A stretch of DNA of 12,413 nucleotides from Paraspadella gotoi (GCA_051294375.1 JBJCIZ010000073.1:1-12413); one strand, 5' to 3'; numbered from the stretch's first letter, positions 1 through 8,640 are shown. Made by a program: numbers and translations. The notes: a model not told the origin generated them from the sequence alone.

Positions 1-519
1 TTTTTGAACGTGACAGAAATAAAATAGTATTATTAGAATGTGATTGATTTCGATGTTCATTTATTGAATGAAATGAAAACAAAAATTACCAGAAATAGTT
101 TGCACAAACTCGAATAAAAAGATAAAAAGATAAAAAAATCCCAACAAAAAAAAAGAAAGGAAAACATTTAAACTATACTATTAACGCTTCTATAAAAAAA
201 AAAAAATTAAACTAATTAATGAAACTTATGAGTTTAATTACTGATTAAACACATATATGACAAATAATTTAAATATTAAATCCGAAATTAACCAATAATT
301 ATAACCAACCACATTGAGTAAAACTAATTATATAAATTAAATTACATACATATACAAATAATTATAAAATCAAGATTATGTGGAAAATTTGGCCTCCGTT
401 TTTAACCAAAAAACGGACATAAAGAGTTGTTTGAAAATGTAATAATTGTCAATGATTATTAATCCCTGCCTTTTATTTTATTTTCATGTGAACGAGTGAT
501 TTCGAACGATCGACATCTG

Positions 520-540
520 GCGCGAAACCCGTGCGCGAAA
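520..540 (-). promoter_or_regulatory. Two tandem E2F-consensus sites (TTTCGCGC on - strand)
   Basis: GCGCGAAA at 520-527 and 533-540, matching TTTSSCGC, inside otherwise very AT-rich DNA ~170-190 bp upstream of the ATG at 710. Motif match only. Confidence 0.35.
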
Positions 541-709
541 GAACATAATGAAAAACAAATGGACAATCGATTGAATGAAACAATTATTAATAATTGTACC
601 ATGTAAAAAAAAAGAAATGACGATGAAAACAACTTCAAGTAATGTCATACCTTTCTCCTAGTTGGTATTCTGACTAGTAGTGAACCTATGAACTCAAACA
701 AACTCAAAA

Positions 710-1648
710 ATGAATTCCCGTGCCATCACGAATCCGAGACCCGTCGCTCCTCCACGTGACCCATTTTTCGGGATACGGCGTGACGTCGAAGAACGGGGAG
801 GCGCCGGTATGGTGGGAGGCGACCGAACGGTTGCTCTCCAATTTTTTTTGACGGCTACTCTCAACCAAGGGAAACGTGTTTGGCTAACAAGGGCTTCATT
901 CATGAATGAAAATCCAAAGTATGAATTCCTAGCGGACGAAAGTATGGATGCTTGTGACGAATTGCTGCGGCCTTGGTGTGAACAAACATACGACATAATC
1001 ATTCTGGATGCACCAGCGAAACCGGGCGAACTTCTCCATAGGTGGTGGCAGGCCCGTGGAGGTTGCTATAAGTTCGCACAACTGGAATCTTCAATGTTCC
1101 GTTTCAAAGGGCATTCAAGAACAATCACGACCGATACAGACGCCGTCATTACAAACTTCCAAAGAAACGAAAGAAACGACTTGAAGGAGGCGAAAGAAGA
1201 TTTGCCAAAAATCATGGACATGGCGAAAGTTGCAGCCCGACACTTAATTGGACGAATGCACGCGCACGCATTGGACATTGAGGACGCAGTTAAAAACGTC
1301 AAAACATCAGCTATAGCGGCAGCAAGAAACACGACCACAACGACAGCACCTAAACGTTTCCATTCACCACGTATTACTCCGCCATCAACCACAACATCAG
1401 CTCCAACCTCAGCTTCACCATCTTCAACTCAAGCACCAAACAACAACATTAGCCCAACTGCAAATACTCTAAGAAAAAAGACTCAGAAAAACAATAAAAG
1501 AAAATTCAACCAGGCCCAGCAATACGAAAGGAATATGGCGACGCAGGCAAATCCAGGAGGCGGCCACCCGGTAACGCAGCCAACCTTTGGAGGCGGCCGA
1601 GCGGCAACGCAGCCGAATTCTGCGGCGGCCGTAATCAGGCGAATTTAG
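710..1648 (+). CDS. Uncharacterised protein, N-terminal part (globular-looking ~200 aa, Thr/Ser/Pro linker, basic NLS-like RKKTQKNNKRK, start of GGGRAATQP repeats)
   Basis: 312-aa ATG-initiated ORF with higher GC than its flanks. It ends shortly after a 1-bp deficit in the repeat array. No family recognised. Confidence 0.55.
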   Translation: MNSRAITNPRPVAPPRDPFFGIRRDVEERGGAGMVGGDRTVALQFFLTATLNQGKRVWLTRASFMNENPKYEFLADESMDACDELLRPWCEQTYDIIILDAPAKPGELLHRWWQARGGCYKFAQLESSMFRFKGHSRTITTDTDAVITNFQRNERNDLKEAKEDLPKIMDMAKVAARHLIGRMHAHALDIEDAVKNVKTSAIAAARNTTTTTAPKRFHSPRITPPSTTTSAPTSASPSSTQAPNNNISPTANTLRKKTQKNNKRKFNQAQQYERNMATQANPGGGHPVTQPTFGGGRAATQPNSAAAVIRRI

Positions 1649-1891
1649 GAGGCGGCCGAGCGGTAACGCAGCCATTCTTTGGAGGCGGCCGAGCGGCAAC
1701 GCAGCCTAATTCAACAGACAACTATGATCAGGCGAGCTCAGGAGGCGGGCCGCGGTAACGCAGCCATTCTTGGAGGCGGCCGAGCGGCAACGCAGCCGAT
1801 TTTTTGTAAACAAGCGCAACCGCACAAATTCAGGAGGCGACCACGCGATAACGCAGCCAGGCTCTGGAGGCGGTCGCACGGCAACGCAGCC
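1556..1891 (+). repeat. Higher-order coding tandem repeat: 8 copies of a ~26-bp core (GGAGGCGGCCGAGCGGYAACGCAGCC) arranged as 4 units of ~93 bp
   Basis: Cores start at 1556, 1589, 1648, 1681, 1741, 1772, 1833 and 1866 (spacings 33/59/33/60/31/61/33). They encode GGGRAATQP-like peptides. Confidence 0.9.
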
Positions 1892-2669
1892 GAATTATGC
1901 AAATGACCGAAGAAGTGTGAATGTTTTAAACCGCCCGAGACTCATGAGAAATATGGCTCCAAACTCCGGAAACAGAAAACCCGAATCCTCAAGACCCGCT
2001 AAAAAAAATGAAAAAGGCATAATGATCCCAAGAAACGAGGAAGAACGACAAAGACTGGCGCTCGCAAGACTACTCCGCGGCGTTGGACCAGATTATCCCC
2101 TTCGAATAGGAGAAGTTGATGGTATAATGGAGGCAGAAGAAATGAGAAAAAATAAACCACCAAACAGGAAATATATTGGAATTTCTGGTGTTGGCCTACC
2201 AAAAAGGACCCGAAAAATCTCAGTTTTTGATCGACTTGAAATAGACAAAATTCGAAACGAAATCGAGAAGAATAATTCCATCCAAAAATTCGGCAGCGCA
2301 GAAATGGAAACGGAGCCTGTTTTTCGGAGTCGGGATATTCGAGAGAATGTTGAACGTGTGATTGAGACGATCGACGACCCTGGCGAAGGACCGAGCAGCG
2401 AAACAATTGAATCTCCAACAACTACGACTACGACTACCACTGAAACGGCTCCCACTGAAACGAAATCTCGAAACTGGAACGACCGCGTAGAAAATCCCAC
2501 CGACGACGAAGACGAAGACTACGACACGGTTGACGAAGATGACGACGCCGAAATGGATCAGGGTAACCAAAATGATGCGATCCTCGACCTTCAGCCAGGA
2601 GAAGTCGTCGTTGATGTAAACCTCAATCCGAATGAAGAAGCGTCTTTGCTGGAGACAACAGACGAATGA
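1770..2669 (+). CDS. Uncharacterised protein, C-terminal part (last repeats, basic region, poly-Thr, Asp/Glu-rich tail); probable continuation of 710-1648
   Basis: 299-aa open frame containing the last two GGGxxxTQP repeats in frame. The annotated start is a TTG inside the repeat and is probably not a real start. Confidence 0.55.
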   Translation: MEAAERQRSRFFVNKRNRTNSGGDHAITQPGSGGGRTATQPNYANDRRSVNVLNRPRLMRNMAPNSGNRKPESSRPAKKNEKGIMIPRNEEERQRLALARLLRGVGPDYPLRIGEVDGIMEAEEMRKNKPPNRKYIGISGVGLPKRTRKISVFDRLEIDKIRNEIEKNNSIQKFGSAEMETEPVFRSRDIRENVERVIETIDDPGEGPSSETIESPTTTTTTTTETAPTETKSRNWNDRVENPTDDEDEDYDTVDEDDDAEMDQGNQNDAILDLQPGEVVVDVNLNPNEEASLLETTDE

Positions 2670-3262
2670 TGATTAATGATGAATGCGGGTACTGACCAGA
2701 AGGCCTGGACACGCTACACGTGTGAGATCCCACCCTTCTAGAATCCCAAAGGTACGTTTCAGTGATTCGTTAAACGAAAAAAGTCTGTTCTACCTTCTTT
2801 ATGATGAAGGATTCGTATCAATTAAACTGAAACTATTTTAAATATTAAGTAAAAAATTGATAATCTATCATTTTGAATATTAATCCTGTACCAAAATTTT
2901 TTTTTCTATCCTTTAACCTTGACTATGAGCATGAATGAATGAATAATATACATTAAAAAACTGAATGACTGAATACCATTTACATAAAGCAGTATGTATC
3001 AAAATTAAAATTCAGCAAAAGACAAAAGACTAGACATCGAAAGACCAGACAAAGATAGAACAACAAAAACAAAAAACAAAAATATAATGAAAAATGAACA
3101 GACAAAAAATATATATATATCACGACAAATCGTATAAGACAAGAACAAAATAAGAACAGAGGATAAAATAAAAGCAGAAAGATTAAAAAACGACAATAAA
3201 CTAATAAGAACGACAACAGAACAATGAACATAAGTTTAACATTATTCAGAAAAATTTCCCAT

Positions 3263-3330
3263 AATGAACGAATGAATGAATCCAGAATGAATGAATGAAT
3301 GAACGAACACACAAAAATGAACGAATGAAT
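3263..3330 (+). repeat. Degenerate (GAAT/GAAC)n microsatellite
   Basis: aatgaacgaatgaatgaat...gaatgaatgaatgaatgaacgaac; a shorter run lies near 2931-2944. Confidence 0.75.
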
Positions 3331-3629
3331 ATCGACCCTCAACTCAAGCAGCCCTCCAGGAGCCCGGACGCCGTCAAATTGAAGACAGCCTCCATGAAGA
3401 CCAACACCTCCGAAACGTGAAGACATGAAGAAGAAGAGGAATTTTTTGGGTTAGATATCCGTATGATACCGTCGGTCCTGCGTGGCCATTAAAGGCGGTC
3501 TGCTTAGGTCTAGAGCCCTAGAGCCGAGGCGGGGGTGAAGAGAAAAAGGCCGAGCCCGACGGAGAAGACGACGAGAAGATACGGCCAGTTCCGACGATTG
3601 ACCGATCGATCGGACAAGGACAGATCCGA

Positions 3630-3680
3630 CTCTTTCTCCTCTCTCTCTCTCTCCTCTCTCTCTTTCTCTCTCTCTCTCTC
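3630..3680 (+). repeat. (CT)n microsatellite / polypyrimidine tract
   Basis: ctctttctcctctctctctctctcctctctctctttctctctctctctctc. Confidence 0.9.
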
Positions 3681-3769
3681 CAAACTTTACTTGGACAGGC
3701 TTAGACAAGACAGATTCAGATTCACTTGGATCACATTTCATGGAACGCAAACCGTTTTCTTACAAAGTT

Positions 3770-3890
3770 TCTACTACGTTTTTAGCTGAAGATTCCTCTA
3801 CGATTTTATGATTCTCCTACGATTCGATTTGATTCTTCATGATTTGATCTCGCTTATCCTACATTTATTACATTTATTTACATTTGATTC
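3770..3890 (+). repeat. Low-complexity short duplications (gattc..ctacgatt x2; tacatttat x3)
   Basis: Near-duplicates at 3791-3805 and 3810-3824; tacattt at 3860, 3869 and 3879. Confidence 0.55.
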
Positions 3891-3932
3891 CGGCATTTTC
3901 TTCTTTATGATTTCTCCGAGCTTCAGTTTCTT

Positions 3933-3957
3933 NNNNNNNNNNNNNNNNNNNNNNNNN
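3933..3957. other. Assembly gap (25 N)
   Basis: Run of N; true distance and linkage across the gap are unknown. Confidence 0.99.
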
Positions 3958-3975
3958 AGGAGAGAGGATTAGGCA

Positions 3976-4190
3976 CTACCCCGGGTTGCTGCTTGGTGTT
4001 GTGCGCCAGTCAGGACCCGCCGCTCGTTGCTCCGGCGTCCGGTGGATGAGCGAGAGCAAAGCTCCGCCATCCACTAGCAGTGAGCGACCGTCGCTGGCGT
4101 CGGTGACGTGAAGGAGGAATGAGTCGGGTGAGTGCGTCGTTTGCGGCGGGGACATGACGCGTTCACCTGCGCGGGCCCGCTGCTCCGTTT
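3976..4190 (-). pseudogene. pol: 5' fragment of pol (aspartic protease N-terminus)
   Basis: SPDSFLLHVTDASDGRSLLVDGGALLSLIHRTPEQRAAGP aligns with SPDSYLLHVKDSTDGRQWLVDGGALLSLIPPTMAQRVAGP of the intact pol. Confidence 0.85.
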
Positions 4191-5355
4191 CCCGACTTAG
4201 AGTCGCGGTTTTTTCCATGAATTCGTTCGGCGGGCGCAGACGCGCTGCGCAACTTGAATGCAGAGTCCGCCAAAACTTCAGATGGTAAGCGAACAAGTAT
4301 TTGCTTGAGTTTCTGGTTAGGCGGTGCGGGAGCTTGTCGACGAGGACTGTTTGGCGGTCTGGAAGCCTTGCTCGAGGCTGGCTTCGTCCGCGTTGGAAGC
4401 GCCAATTTTCCGGTGGAAGGGCGGCTCCGGTCGCGGCGTCTGGCCTCCTATGGCGTTGATCTGCCGCCTCGCCCCGTCGCCTGTCTGCTTCCATCGTCGT
4501 CGAGCCAAAACTGTTGAGAGTCGCTGCGTTGATTGTTGAAGATGGAGCGGCGAAGGCGAGGGCGTCCATCCTGATCGAAGAACTGTCAGCTTCCATCTGC
4601 AAGCTGCTGCTGCAGTGAGAGTGTCGAACATCTCCTTCTAAAGAGCGTTGGACGGCTCGATCGGGAGGCCTCTAATAATTGTCTCCTTCTTGAGATCATC
4701 GATAGTAACTGACTTTATTTTGTCGCTCCAAACGCGCGAGGTGGCTGTGATGGTCTGAGGCCGTCGCGGCCAGATAAAACCGTCGAGGCAGGACGGCTGC
4801 CTGTTGAAGGGGAGTAGTTCCATACTCTTTTTTTCAAGTAGCGAGAACGAATTCGTTCGCAGCGTCTCTGATTGTTCGCCATATAGAAAGGCGTTGACGC
4901 GAGCTGGGATTTGAGGTTGACGTCTATCTTAGACCTCTAGGTGAGCAGATTTCTCTTTAAGCGTCATGGATATTAGATCTAACGTACGCTGCCTCTACTT
5001 CGGCGGAGCCAAACGTCAATGTTTTTAGGTCGAAAGCGGGCACTCGGTTTTCCTCTTTTTCTCCAAGAAGCGGCGGCAAAGCAGTAGCGAGGGCGGTCCG
5101 GAAGCGCTTCCGTTTTCGCGCGAGAGCGGCGGCGGCATGTTGTCGCCTTTCGGCGTCGGCGAAGACCTCTGGTTCTGTTGACGTTGGCGGGTTAGTTAAA
5201 ATAGCGGCGCGCGAAGGGCGCCTACGAGAATTGGATGGCGAGTTTTTTCGCGAGAGTTTCCGACGCGGCCGAATCCAGCGGGCAAAGCGTTTGAGGCTTT
5301 GCCTTGTTGGCGCTGTCGAACAGTTTGTCTTCGTTTCGGCGAGAGTGCGGCTCAT
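4163..5355 (-). pseudogene. gag: gag with many frameshifts (decay or low-quality sequence)
   Basis: Start context gtcaATGagc is the same as in the right gag. Homologous peptides are spread over ORFs 4957-5355, 4638-4823, 3976-4602 and 4163-4405. The 3' end GNGAAGPRR* is equivalent. Confidence 0.85.
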
Positions 5356-5394
5356 TGACGTGGTTAATTATCAGAAGGTTGGAAGGGTAGTCCG

Positions 5395-5410
5395 ACGTCG
5401 CGGATCACCA
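5395..5410 (-). promoter_or_regulatory. Primer-binding site, tRNA-Trp-like
   Basis: TGGTGATCCGCGACGT begins 1 nt after the LTR's terminal CA and is close to the tRNA-Trp 3' complement TGGTGACCCCGACGT. Confidence 0.75.
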
Positions 5411-5411
5411 A

Positions 5412-6330
5412 TGTAGATGGCGGAAATTCAACTCACTTTGTTGACGCGAAAGTCGCCACTAACCGTAGGAATCGATTGACGGGCGATTTGAGTTTGATCG
5501 AGTGAAAGTGGGGCGTGGCCTTCGAAGTTGGCGTCGCTTCTGGCGTGAACCACCAGGTGACGTGGGGAAGTTGTACGAAGGCGTTGGCGTGACTCGAGAT
5601 GACCACAGGTAGGATTCGATGGCGTTAAACGATTGGTTATCTCCAAACCCGGAAGTGACGCTGACGCCTGACGCACGTGGCGTGGACTAATGTTTATTAA
5701 GCGTGCTTATAAAATTGATGGAACGCAAACTTGTTTGGTTATCTTAGATATAAAAGTGACCTTAATAAAATAATCAAAGCATATAGATTTTCACTTTTGA
5801 TCTAATACGAATGAGCAATATCTATATGGGGCATATAATCCAATGTATGTAAAGTCAAGTAATCAATGCAATTAATAAAGAATTAAAGCAATAATTATCG
5901 CGAGTTGTTTTGAGTTGAATAATTTGTGCTTAAACTGATTAAAAGATTTTCCAGACCTTGTGGAAATAACAAAGTAAAAACATCTGATTAAAATAACATA
6001 ATAAATGTTCATTTGTTCTTAGACAATAAAAGAATCAATCGAATTAATATAAAAGTTGATTATATAAGTTATATAAGAAGGTTTAAAACGTTTTAAATGT
6101 CATCGGACCTGAGTGGCGATGCTGAGCTGAGTCGCCGCTCATGGAATCGAAAGGTCCAGAGATCGAATCCAGATAAATCGCCTCTTTTTATTATTATTAT
6201 TATTATTTTATAAAATCGATTTAAGTATATAATAAGGTTCGAAAATAGATTGAACATCGATCTGAAGATGGCCAATAAGCGATTGGCATGGATCCAACTT
6301 GTGGATAAATAATCTGGGGTCAAATCTACA
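5412..6330 (-). repeat. 5' LTR of left element (919 bp)
   Basis: Termini TGTAGAT...ATCTACA form a perfect 7-bp inverted repeat. Start (tgtagatttgaccccagattatttatccacaa) and end (aaagtgagttgaatttccgccatctaca) are homologous to the right LTR. AATAAA at 5693-5698 (-). Confidence 0.88.
6104..6189 (+). ncRNA. tRNA-derived Pol III-like unit inside left LTR (antisense to element)
   Basis: A-box-like TGGCGATGCTGAG from 6114, central CAT, AAGGTC, B-box-like GAGATCGAATCC at 6159-6170, TTTTT at 6185-6189. Homologous to 6732-6810. Confidence 0.55.
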
Positions 6331-6601
6331 ACCCTAACCCTAACCCTAACCCTAACCCCCTAACCCACCCTAACCCCTAACCCTAACCCTAACCCTACCT
6401 AACCCTAACCCTAACCCTAAAACCCTAACCCTAACCCTAACCCTAACCCTAACCCTAACCTAAACCCTAAACCCTAACCCTAACAACCCTAACCCTAACC
6501 CTAACCCCTAACCCTAACGCCTAAACCCTAACCCTAACCCTAACCCTAACCCTAAAACCCTAACCCTAAAACCCTAACCCTAACCCTACCCTAACCCTAC
6601 C
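6331..6601 (+). repeat. Telomeric-type repeat tract (CCCTAA)n = (TTAGGG)n on - strand, ~45 units with variants
   Basis: Read directly; single orientation with occasional CCCCTAA, CCCTA and CCCTAAAA variants. Confidence 0.98.
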
Positions 6602-7452
6602 TGTGGTTTTGAACTCAAGAATTATTATCCACAATTTATTGGTGATCGCTTTCGGCCAAGACCGATCGATATAATCCTTATTTAAACACTTCGATATGTT
6701 TTAATTAATTTATAATTAATTTAGAAATAATAAAAAATGAGTGAGACGCCGGTCTCGAACTCGGGACCTTTCATCCATGGCTATAACCTTAGCCAGCGTC
6801 GCCACTTCGGTAATTAATAATTTTACTTTGTTAAGTCCTTTATTAGCTTTAACGATTTACAATTTTACATTGTTTATCTTTTGTTTAGAGTAAACAAAAG
6901 AGCAATCTAATAGATTCGATTCATCAGCTGATTCTCCTTTATTATGATTAACTGTATCCAGCTTTGAATCTCATTTACAACTCGAATTCCTTAACAAAAC
7001 CTTCGATAATTACTAAGACTATTAGTAGTCTCAACAATCGTCTCATTGATTTTATTATTGCTGATTAATCAATTAATTGATTTTCTCATTGTTTTATCAT
7101 ATAGATATTCTCATTGTTTGATGGCAAAAACAGTTGAATATCTATATGCTTTGATTATTTTATTAAGGTCATACTTTTATCTAAATTAACCAAACAAGTT
7201 GGTTATGGACATTTTAACTCAAGTCTAGAGACTACTCACAAAATAAACTTTTATCGAAGCAATTCAGCGGCCGATTACTCAGCGCCACGAGCGCCAATCT
7301 CCGCGCCACTTCAGATTCCGGTCCTTCAGCGTCTTGCGCTTCACCTCGACCTATCAGATCGTTTCTACGTCAATCGTAGCGCCCGCAATCGCCCGTCAAA
7401 GATCTACGCTCACAAATGGGCGTCAAAGTGAGTTAACTTTTCGCCATCTACA
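6602..7452 (+). repeat. 5' LTR of right element (851 bp)
   Basis: Starts TGTGGTTTTGAACTCAAGAATTATTATCCACAATTTATT, repeated at 12374-12413 with one extra G. Ends ...GCCATCTACA just before the PBS. AATAAA at 7242-7247 precedes a GC-rich U5-like part. Confidence 0.92.
6732..6810 (-). ncRNA. tRNA-derived Pol III-like unit inside right LTR (antisense to element)
   Basis: Minus strand: ccgaagTGGCGACGCTGGctaaggttatagccatggatgaaaggtcccGAGTTCGAGACCggcgtctcactcaTTTTTT. A box 6793-6804, B box 6751-6762, T6 terminator 6732-6737. Confidence 0.62.
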
Positions 7453-7454
7453 TT

Positions 7455-7468
7455 TGGTAATCCCGACG
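7455..7468 (+). promoter_or_regulatory. Primer-binding site, tRNA-Trp-like
   Basis: TGGTAATCCCGACG, 2 nt after the LTR end; 12/14 match to the tRNA-Trp 3' complement TGGTGACCCCGACG. Confidence 0.78.
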
Positions 7469-7509
7469 CAGGATTAATTCCAACCTTCACGCCGCCGCCA
7501 ACCTTGTCA

Positions 7510-8640
7510 ATGAGCGAGTCGCGGGAGACCCGACAAACCTCTCGATTACGACAACAAGCAGCGCTCTCAGTACCCAAAGGCGCCGGCAGAGGCCGCATCT
7601 CTCGCGAGACCTCACCTACTCTCAACTTCCCTCAAAATTCGCCAAGGTTTTTCGCCTTCCCTCCGAGCTCTCCAGGCGTCGACGCCCACTTCGAATCTCT
7701 CAGTGCAGCCAACGGCGAAATGGCAACCGCCGCCGGCCTCGACGAGACGGAGCAGCTGCGCGCGGCGCTAGCGGCCGCCCTCAAGGCACTCGATAAGAAA
7801 AAGAAACCTGAGCTACCGACCTTCGATACGAAAAATATCGATATCTGGATAAGAAGAGTCGAAGCAGCGTTTGTCAGAGCAAATATCAAAGAGGCAAGTG
7901 AGAAATTTTCACATTTGGAGTCGAAAATTAGCGTGGAGGCTAATCCACGCGTTAATGCATTTTTGTATGGAGATCCAACAGAAGCAAATTGGATAGCGTT
8001 TATCGCCTATTTAAAGAAGGAGTATGGGTCGACGCCGCGTCAGCAAGCGGCGCTACTTCTCGATGGGTTCAGCCGCGACGGCCTTAAACCTTCACAGCAC
8101 CTTGCTCGCTTGGAAGAAAAAATCAAGGCAGTCAGCATCGACGACCTCAAGAAGGAGACCATCGTCAGGGGCCTCCCGTTAGAGATAAGACGCTCTTTAG
8201 AGGATAAGATCGACGACTGGACGTCTTTTCAGCTGGCTGAAGCTGCTGATAAATTTTTCGATACCGAAGGCCGACCAACGCTCGCGGCGCCGACGTCGGC
8301 GATTAACGCCGCCACATCAGAGGAGAACGTCGACAACAGCGTCAGCGACCCAGAAGGCGACAACGACGCCGATATCAACGCAGTGCAAGGACAGCGCCGC
8401 GACAGGAGCCGCCCACAGTCAAACAACTGGCGTCAACAGGCGACGAGCAGCGCCAATGGATCAAGTGGATCGTCGACTTTCGCCCGCGCTCCTAATGCTC
8501 GCCTCAAGCAAATCTGCCGATGGCACCTTAAGTTCGGCGACGCCGCCTTTAGATGCGAACGGGGCTGCGCCAGAAAGGGAGAGCGCCGCGAGCGCAAAGA
8601 ACCTCAGTCGGGAAACGGCGTCGCGGGCCAGCGCAGGTGA
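7510..8640 (+). CDS. gag: Gag protein with CsRn1-type CHCC zinc knuckle
   Basis: Open frame from ATG 7510 (track starts at TTG 7504). Capsid-like LPTF..NIDIWIRRVEAAF; C-X2-H-X9-C-X3-C (CRWHLKFGDAAFRCERGC) at 8515-8568. Confidence 0.92.
   Translation: MSESRETRQTSRLRQQAALSVPKGAGRGRISRETSPTLNFPQNSPRFFAFPPSSPGVDAHFESLSAANGEMATAAGLDETEQLRAALAAALKALDKKKKPELPTFDTKNIDIWIRRVEAAFVRANIKEASEKFSHLESKISVEANPRVNAFLYGDPTEANWIAFIAYLKKEYGSTPRQQAALLLDGFSRDGLKPSQHLARLEEKIKAVSIDDLKKETIVRGLPLEIRRSLEDKIDDWTSFQLAEAADKFFDTEGRPTLAAPTSAINAATSEENVDNSVSDPEGDNDADINAVQGQRRDRSRPQSNNWRQQATSSANGSSGSSTFARAPNARLKQICRWHLKFGDAAFRCERGCARKGERRERKEPQSGNGVAGQRR

Larger units (their letters stand above)
3958..6330 (-). mobile_element. 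Ty3/Gypsy LTR retrotransposon, CsRn1-like, second subfamily; 5' LTR + PBS + disrupted gag + start of protease, truncated at the gap
   Basis: Minus-strand frames match the right element piecewise: PAFDLK..VEAAYVRSNI; KIKSVTIDDLKKETIIRGLPIE; APSSTINAAT; KSGNGAAGPRR*; SPDSFLLHVTDASDGRSLLVDGGALLSLI. LTR and PBS are at equivalent positions. Confidence 0.92.

Noticed and set aside
395-417. 9-bp inverted repeat TCCGTTTTT/AAAAACGGA as terminator or Helitron end
   Set aside because: Short, mostly A/T, with no downstream CTRR or other supporting context.
1556-1891. CRISPR-like array (26-bp repeats with ~34-bp intervening segments)
   Set aside because: Intervening segments alternate ~7 and ~34 bp and resemble one another, the period is a codon multiple within an ORF, no cas genes are present, and the context is eukaryotic.
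2980-3789. ORFs 2980-3426, 3005-3196, 3451-3750 and 3535-3789 as membrane or charged proteins
   Set aside because: Their composition is explained by A-rich low-complexity DNA and GAAT/CT microsatellites.
6331-6601. End-to-end chromosome fusion signature
   Set aside because: A fusion would give (TTAGGG)n followed by (CCCTAA)n; this tract has one orientation only.
6732-6810. Functional tRNA-Met gene
   Set aside because: I could not form proper acceptor and anticodon stems in either copy; reported only as a tRNA-derived Pol III-like unit.
5412-7452. A single inverted-repeat element or recent palindromic duplication
   Set aside because: The arms match only in blocks, differ in length (919 vs 851 bp), and each has its own PBS and diverged gag.
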